DNA of 64,000 nt from Parasitella parasitica NRRL 2501 (Eukaryota > Fungi > Mucoromycota), in assembly GCA_025201805.1 (NCBI GenBank), contig MU619250.1, positions 293,179 through 357,178 on the forward strand. Reading direction: 5' to 3'. The notes beneath the pieces were generated by a model. The model saw nothing but the letters and a program-made list of their open reading frames with translations. It made no database searches and was not told the DNA's origin. Positions 13,450 to 25,088 of this stretch are shown here, in pieces (position 1 is the first letter of the stretch; the number at the start of each line of letters is the position of its first letter). Both the position numbers and the translations under genes were made by a program.

Positions 13450-16268
13450 ATAGGGTCGAGGGCACTGCGATTATTGTAGCTGTGCTAGCCGTGATTCTAA
13501 CAAATGCCGTAAACGATTATCAGAAAGAAGCTCAATTCAAGAAACTGAATGCCAAAAAAGAAGATCGAGTGGTCAAGGTGTTGCGAAGTGGCCGCGAGCA
13601 ACAAATCAGTGTGTATGATGTCAACGTTGGCGATGTGCTGATGTTGGAACCTGGAGACATCATTCCAGTCGACGGCTTGTTTCTGGGAGGCCATAACATG
13701 GCTTGCGATGAGTCGTCTGCCACTGGTGAATCAGACACGATGAAGAAGAGGACGTACGGTAAGGGGGATTGTTTTATTCTGTCTGGCTCCAAGGTGCTGG
13801 AAGGCGTTGGTCGTGCTGTCATTGTTGCTGTAGGAGAAAACTCCTTCTTTGGCAAGACGATGATGTCAATGCGTGGTGAGGAAGCCGAGGGCACTCCTTT
13901 GCAGATGAAGCTGGACACACTGGCTGAACAGATTGCAAAGATGGGTTTCGCTGCTGCTATTTTGATGCTGCTGGCTCTCGTCATCAAGTATTTCGTCACT
14001 GCTGCTCTTGCACCAGAGTTCCCTCCTGCTGCTGATGTCGCTGCTGCCATGATCTCTATTGTAATTCAAGCAATAACCATCATCGTAGTCGCTGTGCCTG
14101 AAGGTCTACCGATGGCCGTCACCATGGCTCTGGCCTTTGCCACTACGCAGATGCTTAAAGATAGTAATCTTGTCCGCGTCTTGGCAGCTTGTGAAACAAT
14201 GGGTAACGCCACAGCGATCTGCTCGGACAAGACGGGAACTTTAACTCAGAACAAAATGACTGTAACTGAGGGCACTCTGGGCGAGGAATCCTTTGAGTCC
14301 CAAGATGCCGCCAAAGACTGGTCCAAGAAGGTCGACCGCAAGAAAGTGCTCTCTATTGTCTATGAAACTATCGCTCTTAACTCTACTGCGTTTGAAGGAA
14401 AAGATGAAAACGGCAACGCTGACTTTGTCGGCTCAAAGACGGAATGCGCTCTTTTAGGCCTCACCAAGCACTTGGGCAGTTCGTACGACGATCTGCGTCA
14501 TGATGCTACCATCACCAAAGTATATCCCTTTGCCTCCAAGCGCAAGACTATGACCACCATCTCTGAAATCAAGGAAAATTCTGCCACCTCTGCTACCGAT
14601 GGCAACTACCGAGTCCATGTCAAAGGCGCATCTGAAATTGTACTCGAGTCTTGCAAATACTACATTGACAATAAAGGCGAAGCTCAAGAGCTGGACGAGA
14701 AAGCGTCCTCCAAGTTCAACGACATCATCTCTTCATATGCTGATAAAGCCCTCCGCACTATTGCCTTGGCTTATCGTGACATTTCCGAGTCCGAGTACAA
14801 AAAGGTGAGTGATGAGGAGCCTCCTCTCGAAGAGCTGACCTTGATTGGCATTGTTGGCATTATGGATCCTTTGCGTCCTGGCGTCGTTGAATCAGTCAGC
14901 GCGTTTAGGCAAGCCGGCGTCTTTGTTCGTATGATTACTGGCGATAATTTGAATACTGCTAAAGCCATCGCTCGAAATGCTGGTATCTTGACAAAGGGCG
15001 GTGTTGCTATGACTGGTCCTGAATTGCGCGCCATGTCTGTTGAAGAGCAGCGCAAGGTGATTCCTCGCTTGCAAGTGTTGGCTCGTTCGTCTCCCACTGA
15101 TAAGACCATTGTTGTAACCCGTCTTCAAGAGCAAGATCAAGTTGTGGGCATGACTGGCGACGGCACTAACGATGGACCTGCCTTAAAGTTGGCCGATGTC
15201 GGTTTCAGTATGGGCATTGCCGGCACCGAAGTTGCAAAGGAGGCTTCTGATATTATCCTGATGGACGACAACTTTAACTCTATATTGAAGGCTTTAATGT
15301 GGGGCCGTGCTGTGAATGATGGCGTTCGCAAGTTTTTGACCTTCCAGCTGACGGTCAACATTGCTGCTGTTGTCTTGTCTTTTATCTCTGCTATCGGCTC
15401 TGAAAATGCGGAGAGCATCCTAAGTGCTGTTCAGTTGCTGTGGGTCAACTTGATTATGGACACTTTGGCTGCTCTTGCCTTGGCTACTGAGCCTCCTACC
15501 GAGGATCTGCTTCATCGTAAGCCCATTAGCAAGTACGCCCATTTGATCAACTACCGTATGGCCAAGATGATTCTGGGCCAGGCCATTTTCCAAATCATCA
15601 TCAACTTGATTGCCATCTACGTGGGCCCCCGTATCTTCCATTTGGGCGACACTCCCTACGACCAAGAAGTTTTGCGCACCCTTGTCTTTAATATCTTTGT
15701 CTTTTTGCAAGTTTTCAATGAAATCAACTGCCGACGCATCGACAACTCCATCAATGTCTTTAAGGACATATTTGACAACTGGATTTTCATTGCCGTCCAA
15801 GTCGCTGTTGTGCTGGGTCAATGGTTGATTGTCACGTTTGGTGGTATTGCTTTCAAGACGGTGCCCTTGACTGGCCACCAATGGATTGTTACCGTCCTGA
15901 TCGGCTCCTTGTCTATCCCTGTAGGCACCATCATCCGCTTGATTCCTGACTGTGGCTGCGAACGTCGTTTCAATGAAGAAGCAAAGCCTCTGGCCAGCTA
16001 CTCGCGTATGACCTGGGAAGGTGCCATTGGTGATGTCCGTGATGAATTGCGCGTCTACTCCTTGCTGCGTCGTAATCGCGGTAGTAAGTCGCGCGACATT
16101 CCTGCTCGTTCCAATACTCAACACTCGAATCCCGAAAGCATGGCCTTCAGCGCTCCCAATGCCAACTATGGCGCCACCAGCCATGGCAACAAGAACAGGT
16201 TCGCAGACCTCGTAAAGAATGCTCAAAAGTATCAACAGCAAAATGCGAATCACAATGACGGCAACTAA
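12850..16268 (+). CDS. PMC1: P-type IIB Ca2+-transporting ATPase (PMC1/PMCA type)
   Basis: DESSATGES, VVAVPEGLPMAVT, phosphorylation motif ICSDKTGTLT, KGASE, MITGDN, TGDGTNDGPALK; two 5' introns then a long exon. Confidence 0.95.
13418..13447. repeat. (TG)15 microsatellite just upstream of the PMC1 intron-2 acceptor
   Basis: Perfect TG run followed by CTATAG. Confidence 0.9.
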
Positions 16269-16954
16269 ACTTTTTGCTTTTTTCTTGTATCTACTGTAAT
16301 TTTATATGTCTCTATTACTATAAACAAGCCAATAAAAAAAATGGAAAAAAGGATTTGTTTTCATTAAAGCCAGGTTATGTTGTAAGAAATGTCGATATAC
16401 AGCATGGAATTGAAACAATTATGCGCCTTTACCATGTCCCATGTCATGTCAAAAACAATAAACCGCCGCTGTTATTTGCCAATGCCTGCATATTGTTATG
16501 TGCTTGACTAAAGCAAATAAATAGCTATCGCAATTGTCTATCTGCAGCGCATTTGCTTTTCTCAAAGGCCGTGCATATTCATGGAGAAAATACAAAATAT
16601 AAAAATGCAATGGCCAAGATATGCTTCATTTTCTCATGCCGATCCGTAAGGCCTCCAAATCTTTGAGTTTTGACAAGATTAAACAAGCGTTTCTTTACAA
16701 AAATAATAATAATGAAAATGTGAACGCTAGTTTATTGATAGCAATAGCATTACTAGCTAAAGGACTACTTGACTTTTCTTCCTTTGGGATTTTTGTAATT
16801 ATCAAGTCATTCATCACGAATTTTGGTACATACAAACTACTAGCAGCAGTGCAATTCAATTGAGCTTTTTCCCTTTCAGGAAGCCGACATGTTCCCATGT
16901 TTAACAATTTCGTAAAAAAAAAAAAAAAGCAGCTTTCGATAACTGATTAGGTAT

Positions 16955-17225
16955 TATACATGTGGGAAATTCAACATGACATCATTTGCAGGACACAAGT
17001 CGACTTGGGGGTTCGCACAGACTTGCGCAATATAAACAAACATTTGTCTGGAAATCAGGGCAAAACTGAGTTACGTGGATCACGGGTGTGCGCACCCGCA
17101 GCTTTATATCAACAGCAGCATATCGACCAATGGCTTGCCCTGTCTTTATCGATACATTTCAGGCTCACCAACAGTCATCACAGATTCTGGTCTTCTAGGG
17201 GGAGGGGTACATCCTGGTCTTAAAT
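16955..17225. ncRNA. Candidate structured non-coding RNA, family unknown
   Basis: GC-richer island in an AT-rich intergenic region with several stems (CAAG-TCGA-CTTG, CGGGTG-TGCG-CACCCG, CAGGGCAA...TTGCCCTG); no recognisable protein. Confidence 0.25.
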
Positions 17226-17624
17226 AAATGTCAATATTCACTTGCTTGGATGTTTTGAATGTAAAACAAAAGCAAGCATTTAGTGAGATAACGAAAAAGT
17301 TACGTTAAATAAATTAAAAAAAAAAAAAAAAGAATGTTTCAATTCAATATACAAGGTCGAACAAGGTTTCGACAGTATCAGATCAATTATCTCGATTTAC
17401 ATGTTGAGAAAAAAACAAAAGTTCTTTATAGAACAAAGAAAACTCAAAAACTCAATATAACAGAGGGTTATGGATCTGCTAGAATGAAAAGAGTAAATAT
17501 TTATATATTTTATTTATAATAAATAAGTGGTGTCATTGAGATGATGGGAGTTAACATCTCAAATATGGATGGAAAAAAAAATGGTTGTACTGCTATTAAA
17601 TGATTGTTGTTGTTGGTTGTAAAT

Positions 17625-17959
17625 TTATAATCTATCGCGAGAGTAACTATTGTATCCAAGAGAGATGTTAATATTGGCTCGACTGAAAAATACAAATGTA
17701 AAACAAGTACTTACGTCTTGGCGAACTTTTGGTTGACGGTCATGAACTTGACTTGAGTGTCTTGATCAATGTTTTGCCAAGGGTAAGGGTTGTTGGTACG
17801 GTCCCAAACAACTTCAGGGCCTCTGGCGAGACGGGTGAGGTAGTAACCAGCTAAACCACAAGCGGAACCAACAGTGATGTAGATGGGGATAATTTCATGC
17901 TTGTACCAGATAGACCAGAAAGACTTTTTGGCAGTGTTAGCAGCGGCACCAGCAACCAT
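17625..17959 (-). CDS. NDUFA4: NDUFA4/MLRQ-family small mitochondrial membrane protein, 2 exons
   Basis: EIIPIYITVGSACGLAGYYLTRLARGPEVVWDRTNNPYPWQ fits the family signature; spliced tail ...AKTYSRDRL*. Confidence 0.85.
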
Positions 17960-19377
17960 TTTTTGTTTTTGTAGGACGAAAGAGAGGAAGAATAAGATAT
18001 TTAGCTTGGTTGCCTGGATGTTTTGATTTATATAGGCCTTTAGATCTGATTTAAAATTCAGGTCCTTTCACCTTCCAGCCCCCCCCCCCACATTCAAATG
18101 TAATTGGTAACGTTAATTTTTTGAGCCTGAAAAATGAATCGAATTTTTTGATCTAAACAAGCCTGGCCTCGATACCCAATTGAAATGTTATTCCTTTGTC
18201 GACATTTTACCGACAAGCATGGTCCGTCTAAATTATTGGTTTGGGATAGTTTGGATGGGGTTGATTATTATAAAGGATCTGTGGCCTTACCCAAGTATGA
18301 GTAGGAGTGTGCCGTCAAAAAAAAAAAAATCTATGCACATAGATTATGCTGCTTACTGTAATCCAATTGACCGTCGATATGTTTGGACATATGCTCCTTT
18401 TTTTGTTTGTTTTTGTGCTTGATCAACTCAGATTGAAAATCTGATAAAAAAGAATCAAAGCCTCCCCTCCACTATTGAACCGAATCCGTGAAAAAGACGT
18501 TATAGGGACCCCCCCCAATTCTTTTGAAATAAAAAAAAAAAGCTGTTTTTATCAATGTCGCTTTAAGATGTGTTTACTTTGTATTTAGCCGCTTAAAATA
18601 CTCTGCTAGATTTACCTCAACATTGGTGTAATAATATGCTTATGGCAAGTGCTCAGATTTGGTGTAACACCTTAATGGGATTGAAAGATGGTTACAAAAG
18701 TGCGCTGCTGAATTAAATACCAAATCACAAAAGTACCACAAGTGCCTTTAAAAAAATTAAACAAGAATGAACCTGTGCATTTTCTTTATATCCACAGGAA
18801 AAGAGTAGATGTTCAGCGCATAATCATTTAGCAGATGGAAATAATAGAAAAGCCGATGATGCCGCATGAGAAGAAACGAAGACAATTTGCAATGAGTCAT
18901 ATGAAATTGTAAAGTGCCTGAAAATTGTCATTTGCACTAGTTGATATTGTTTTCAGAAAACAACAGGAACAAAGCCTTGGTCAAAATCTATATACATGAA
19001 TGGTATCTCTGTTTGAAATTTACGATAGATGAAGTTGGAAAGACCACATACGTACATAAAGAAGCATTATTATCAAGTGGAGAGACATGCATCTTTGGTA
19101 CATTATGTGATCAAGCTTTTTGCTAATCCAGAATTAGCCCTGAGAAGCCTCTTTTAATGATACTAACAGTATACAGCGGCTCCACTCCCAAAGTTCGTTT
19201 TCCAAAGTGCTAAATTCGCTTTTGTCGTCGACTGAAATTTGCTTTTTTCGCAGCCGAAAATTCGCTTTTTGATTGGTCAAAGTTCGTTTTTGTAAATCAT
19301 TCAAATTCGCTTTGGCATCGCCCAAAGTTCGTTTTTACATTTGAAAAGTTCGCTCTTAAAAAATTACAAGATATTGA

Positions 19378-19662
19378 CTAGAGTGATTTTTTATTAAAGC
19401 ATTTTTCAAAATTATTAAGAGAATGATTGGCAGTGTTATAAAAGGCCTTTCTGCTGACACTTTCACTGGCTTCGACAATTCTGGTTTTCAAGTCTTGTGT
19501 TTCTGTAAATTCACTTTGCTTAACCGAATTCTTGATAATGGACCAGAAGTTTTCAACAGGATTGAGCTCAGGGGAATATGGGGGAAGATATATAGCTCTA
19601 TAACCTCTCATTTCGATTAAGTTAGTGACACTATCTGAGGTATGGATCGGCGCATTATCCAT
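19378..19662 (-). pseudogene. Tc1/IS630 (DDE_3) transposase C-terminal fragment, left arm
   Basis: MDNAPIH...YLPPYSPELNPVENFWSIIK carries the second D and the E of the DDE triad; N-terminal DNA-binding domain and first D absent. Confidence 0.9.
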
Positions 19663-19663
19663 A

Positions 19664-19758
19664 GTAGAGGACGTCGTAGAGGACGTCGTCCTTTTTCAAG
19701 CTCAGTCTGCGTCGAAGTGGACGTCGTAGAGGACGTCGTAGAGGACATCGTCCTTTTT
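19664..19758 (+). repeat. Duplicated unit (GTAGAGGACGTC)x2-GTCCTTTTT, mirrored in the right arm
   Basis: Copies at 19664-19696 and 19726-19758; reverse complement at about 20426-20520. Confidence 0.85.
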
Positions 19759-19807
19759 GTTTTTCTAAACAATTTATAATTCTTTACAAAAAAAAATTGG
19801 AACACTA

Positions 19808-20053
19808 ATGAACACCATAACACGCGAGAAAGCGATTTGTATGTTCTACTGCGAACCATACAGCAAGGCTCGTGCTATAGACCTTTTAAACGGAATTGAA
19901 AATATTGGTCTTGATGTTTGTTACAAAGATGATCCCACAAAACCAAGCTTACACTCAACAAAAAACATTGACCAAAACCCACACAAAAACAAAACAGACA
20001 AAAATAAAAAAACAAAAAAGAAAAAAAAAAAATCAGAAAAAAAAAGACAGTAG
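19808..20053 (+). CDS. Unknown ORF (MNTITREKAICMFYCEPY...) carried in the foldback, left copy with Lys-rich tail
   Basis: ATG-initiated 81 aa ORF; first 44 aa identical to the right-arm copy. Confidence 0.4.
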   Translation: MNTITREKAICMFYCEPYSKARAIDLLNGIENIGLDVCYKDDPTKPSLHSTKNIDQNPHKNKTDKNKKTKKKKKKSEKKRQ

Positions 20054-20067
20054 AAAAAAAGAAAGCA

Positions 20068-20376
20068 TCAGAAAACACCGCAAAGCAAAAAAACTACCCA
20101 AAAACACAGGTTATAATAATCGACAAGAGCACAAAAGACTACATCAAACAAAGAGAAAAGTTCATGCGTGCTACTTTCAAGCAAAGATCGATACGGATGA
20201 TACCCGTAAGAATAAAAAGATGCAGAGCAAAATAAAAGAGGCGCCGTGGGATCATCTTTGTAACAAACATCAAGACCAATATTTTCAATTCCGTTTAAAA
20301 GGTCTATAGCACGAGCCTTGCTGTATGGTTCGCAGTAGAACATACAAATCGCTTTCTCGCGTGTTATGGTGTTCAT
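20068..20376 (-). CDS. Unknown ORF (MNTITREKAICMFYCEPY...) carried in the foldback, right copy with hydrophobic tail
   Basis: ATG-initiated 102 aa ORF reading from the right arm into the spacer. Confidence 0.4.
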   Translation of the reverse strand: MNTITREKAICMFYCEPYSKARAIDLLNGIENIGLDVCYKDDPTAPLLFCSASFYSYGYHPYRSLLESSTHELFSLFDVVFCALVDYYNLCFWVVFLLCGVF

Positions 20377-20521
20377 TAGTGTTCCAATTTTTTTTTGTAA
20401 AGAATTATAAATTGTTTAGAAAAACAAAAAGGACGATGTCCTCTACGACGTCCTCTACGACGTCCACTTCGACGCAGACTGAGCTTGAAAAAGGACGACG
20501 TCCTCTACGACGTCCTCTACT

Positions 20522-20806
20522 ATGGATAATGCACCGATCCATACCTCAGATAGTGTCACTAACTTAATCGAAATGAGAGGTTATAGAGCTATATATCTTC
20601 CCCCATATTCCCCTGAGCTCAATCCTGTTGAAAACTTCTGGTCCATTATCAAGAATTCGGTTAAGCAAAGTGAATTTACAGAAACACAAGACTTGAAAAC
20701 CAGAATTGTCGAAGCCAGTGAAAGTGTCAGCAGAAAGGCCCTTTATAACACTGCCAATCATTCTCTTAATAATTTTGAAAAATGCTTTAATAAAAAATCA
20801 CTCTAG
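20522..20806 (+). pseudogene. Tc1/IS630 (DDE_3) transposase C-terminal fragment, right arm
   Basis: Same 94 aa fragment as the left arm with one F/L difference. Confidence 0.9.
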
Positions 20807-21188
20807 TCAATATCTTGTAATTTTTTAAGAGCGAACTTTTCAAATGTAAAAACGAACTTTGGGCGATGCCAAAGCGAATTTGAATGATTTACAAAAACGA
20901 ACTTTGACCAATCAAAAAGCGAATTTTCGGCTGCGAAAAAAGCAAATTTCAGTCGACGACAAAAGCGAATTTAGCACTTTGGAAAGCGAACTTCGGGAGT
21001 GGAGCCGCTGTAAAAACTGGTGTTTTATTTTTATTTTGTTTTTGTTTTTTTTTCTTTAGAAATGCAAATAAACAAATGGAGGGTAAGAAAGTGAAAAAGG
21101 CAAGAGTATATTGTATGTATTTGGAAAAGGAAAAAAGCAAAGAGAGACAGGATTATCACTTTTTTTTTTTTTTTTTTTGATTGAAAAA

Positions 21189-24100
21189 TTAATTGTCAGA
21201 GGTTAGAGGCATTGGCAATGATAGCGATGGTGAAATGACAGCCTCATTTACATGTAAACCAGTCTTGCGTCCTCTGTTACGGCTGTAGCCAGAAGCATAA
21301 TGATGCTGTTGTTGATAGCTGCCTCTACCGCCTGCTGTAACTCTCCCCGCGCCCTTTGCTGGTGAGCCATCCGTCACAACAGACCATGGGCGAGCCGCTC
21401 CAAGTGCGCCACCGCCCCCCCGTTTACGATTTGAATTACCTCTACCATTGGTTTGACAAATGCTAGGATATCTGGAATGTTTATGGCCATTTTTTGTATC
21501 GGTACTCAATGCGTGCTCATTGTTAAAAGGTCGGCGATGCTGCCAGGACAACGTAGGATAGTAGATGGGTTGCACATTTTCCGTTCCCGCCAGCGGATAA
21601 GGTACTGCATATTGATTACTGGATAAATAAGCTTGCTGAGGCTTGAGGTACACACCGATAGGACGGTGCTGCTGTTGGTGATGATGTTGAGATGGAGGAC
21701 CTGATTCGAGAGGAGAGAAAAAGCACAGCTAGTCAATTATACAAAGCCATGTCATCAACATTCGCTATCAAAACTTACCTTCAGGTTCGACACTTTTAGA
21801 AGAATTAACGCTACCAGGACATGTTGGCTGACCAGGATATCGATACACTAATACAGGAAAATGCCTGTTTACATGCATTTTTCTTTGCTGCGGAGGATGT
21901 GATTTGGACAGTGCAGATGCTGTACTATTACTGTTGCTAGTTACAGTCGTTGCAGTCGTAGCGACGCTGATAGCCTCCTCCTCCTCCACTTGAATTGCAG
22001 TGTTAGTTTGCCCCATCAGGGTAATTTCCTCGTCAGATTCTTCCGTATCCACCATGAAGCTCATATTAGCAGGTTTTCTAGCAGCAAGTTTATCGATGAA
22101 ATCAGGGAATATGGGCGAAGACGAGTTCTTTAGCAAGTTTGTCAACCGAGTCTTTTTCGAAAGGATGGCCTTTTTTCCTGGCTCGTGTTTTTTCAATATC
22201 TCGATCACAACTGGGTTTTCTTCATTGTCTTTGTGATGGCTACTTGCAGCCACTCTGTCTCTGCTACTTTTGGCGCTGGTAGCAGTATCTCTACGACCTC
22301 CTCGACTACTACCGCCGTTTTGAGTGTTTCGCCCAGATCGTTTTTGATTGCTGAAATTTTCATCACGAGTCCAGCCACCACGATTAGGAGTGCGACCATT
22401 CATTATAGTTGCAGGCATGGAACCCCACTCTTCGTCCTCGTAATTCAACACTTCAACATGCTGTTTTTGCTGCGCTTGTTCAGACAACTCGGACTTTTGC
22501 TGGCATTCTCGCTTCATCTCCTCCTCTACCTCCTTGACTCTTTTCTCTCGGTTCGACATATCGATCGCATTTTTCTCGGCTACCGTCTCTTGCAGTCTGA
22601 CAGCAAAAGAAACCCAATCGGCGGAGGTGTTTTTCTGCTCAGCAGCAGCTGCTGGATCGGTTCTGATCGCAGAGACGTATTTTTCCCATTTCTCGTCATC
22701 GTCTGTCACTGATTTACTTGGCTTACCCTCCCCCTTTTCTTTCTTGTCGCCGGCGCGAGTCGGTTTGGGCTCTTTCTTTACGATGGCAACTGGTTTCGTT
22801 TCCTTTTTGAGTATTTGCGTAGGTGCGGGCAAGTGTTCACGGGAGGGAGATGTTTTAGGTTCGCTGTTTACAGCAGCCGCAGTCGCAGTGGTCGTTGCCG
22901 GTTTAGGTGCTTGTTTATTGGCAGCTACCAAATTCCAAGGCTTACTGGTATCCGGGATCTTGAACGATAGTGGCACTGCCTTGGACGCTGTTGCTGGAGC
23001 TGCATGAACAGGAGCCGTTTTTAACGGCGATGATGGTGATGATGAGGATGGTGGTGGTGGTGGTGACGATGATGATGACGAGGATGTATTGCGTTTAGCT
23101 GTCGCTGGTGTCTCAGCAGATGTCTCTACAGTCGATTTATCAGCAGCAGGCTTTTTTAATATCGTCATTGTCTTCAATTCGCTTTGCTTGGCAGCCAATG
23201 CGTCTGCCTTTTGCTTGGCGCGTTCGGCAACAGCCTTGAATTCTGCCTCTTGCTCTTCTAATCGTTTCTTGGCGCGTTCCGCGGCAGTCAGCATGAGACT
23301 TTTCTGCACTGCAGTGATTTCCTCACCACTATCAGTTGTGGCGACGGTGATAGGGTCAGGTGTGATTTGCAACGGATTGCCGCTATTTTCTTCACGAGAG
23401 TGATCTGATCTGAAACTTTGATCTGATAAACGCCGAGATCTAGGAAGAAAACCGGCGTGGTGGTATGATCCGTTGTCATGCTTCCTGTCGTAGCTAGATC
23501 TTCTATTTCCGTAATGTGGTTGCTCCGTGTTGTCTCGTCGAGTGGATAGCGGCTGGGCAGTTTTACTAGTCCATCTGTCATTTGTACCTGAAGCAGACAA
23601 ATTGCGTCGTTCGTAAGTTCCCTCTGTGCTAGCGCGCCTACTGTTGTAGCTTGCATTATTGTATCGGGAACTATACCCGTGATCCTCAGAACGACGATAA
23701 GATTTGTAATGAGGGTGGGGATGCTGGTTATGGTGGCTTTGGTTGTGATGCTGGTGATCGCTGTTGTCATGATGGTGGTGATATTGCTGCTTTGCAGGGT
23801 AACTTCTATCGTAATCGTCCGTAAAACGCTCCGAAGGTAAAACCGGATCTGCAGCCTTGGAAGCAGCAGCAGCAGCTGAAGACGGACGACTGCCTGTGCT
23901 GGAAGAATCGGATTCCACTCGAATCTTTGTACCATCTTCGAATTCGACCACGTCCACAGAGAATTCGTCCAGATCCTCACTCACCATCTGCTCTGCATGT
24001 TAATGACCTTGACAACCCAACACTACTTTGACGGCTTCTTACCTCGTCCCATGATATGTGGTTTGGATCTGACGAAGCATACATCAAGTACTCATCCTAA

Positions 24101-24917
24101 GTTATACATTAGTGCATCAGAGCTAAAAAGAAGAAAAAAAGCTAGCTTGACTAAAAAAAAAAAAAAAAGAGTATAAATCTTACAATCAGTGATGGTTTCT
24201 CTATATCATATATAAATCGTGTGAGTCAATTCTATTGGTGTGTGAGAAATTACGGTATATGCAGCAAGTCTACTTACTGTTGGTTCCAGAAGCGGCTTCA
24301 GCAGCTGTGGGGAAATCAGTTGAAGGAGCTGGGGTCTGCGTAATAGTAGGAACCGCCCATGCTCTTGCAGTTGTGCTGGCATTAGTTACTGCTGCAGCAG
24401 CTGCAGGAATCAAGACAGGTGATGTAGCTGTGTCTGGTGATTTCTTGGTTTTATCAATGATAGCCTCTGCAACCGGCTTTTTCTCTGGTGGTTGCGCTGA
24501 TGGCTCAATGTCTGTCTGTGCTACTTGCTGCTGCACCATTGAGGGTGAACTAGAAGCCGAGCCCCAGCCATGGGATGTGGCAGGTGAGGATGCAAGAGCG
24601 TCCGAACCTACAGCATGCTCTCTTCGCAAACTAGGAAGGTTTATTGGACGAGGCGCTGATACTTTGCTGGAGAGCAGCCTTTGACGGGCTTGCGAGTTAC
24701 GGTTACCTTGACACAGAGGGTTTATTTAGAGAGTTTCTGTGTTGTTCAATGCGTCTTATTTACCTGTATTAGTGTTGCTGTTGCTGCCGCTTCCGATGCT
24801 GCTGCTGTTGTTGTTCAACATGATGGGACTCTTTGGCGTTGTCGTGTATTTCTTTGAAGGCGTGCTTATTGGACTGGGAGACGTAAATCTGACAGATGGA
24901 GTATCTCCAGAAGACAT
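21189..24917 (-). CDS. PRRC2/BAT2 (plant MOS1)-like large disordered protein, multi-exon
   Basis: APRPINLPSLRREH...GWGS and DFPTAAEAA resemble BAT2_N motifs; central AAERAKKRLEEQE coiled coil; RG-rich low-complexity C-terminus. Confidence 0.6.
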
Positions 24918-25088
24918 TTAGTGTGTTTGTGTGTGTACGCGTTTTTATTTAAAGAGGGAATGAAAAAGGATAATTTTCGTTCATGAGGTTCAAGTGAAAT
25001 ATAGGAGTGTGGAAAATGTTTGCAACCAGTAGTCTCTTTTTTTTTTGTGATACATGATCCCACATGGTTGGAAATGTTGTCAAATTAA

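Larger units (their letters stand above)
19174..21010. mobile_element. Palindromic (foldback) Tc1/mariner-IS630-derived composite element: 765 bp inverted arms, 307 bp spacer, TA at both ends
   Basis: Arms 19174-19938 and 20246-21010 are reverse complements with about 4 transitions seen; termini TA|CAGCGGCTCC...GGAGCCGCTG|TA; subterminal AAATTCGCTTTT/AAGTTCGTTTT repeats. Confidence 0.9.

Noticed and set aside
15420-16253. 277 aa antisense ORF in PMC1 and similar antisense ORFs in AAT1, HXK and ECM33
   Set aside because: Shadow frames expected from codon bias in highly expressed genes
17090-17190. SECIS element downstream of NDUFA4
   Set aside because: The helix register does not fit a tandem GA core, and the gene has no in-frame TGA
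19664-19758. CRISPR-like array
   Set aside because: Short tandem 12-mers without unique spacers, eukaryotic context, no cas genes
19939-20245. DGR-like adenine-specific diversification between the two ORF tails
   Set aside because: Many differences involve C and G as well as A, and no reverse transcriptase gene is present
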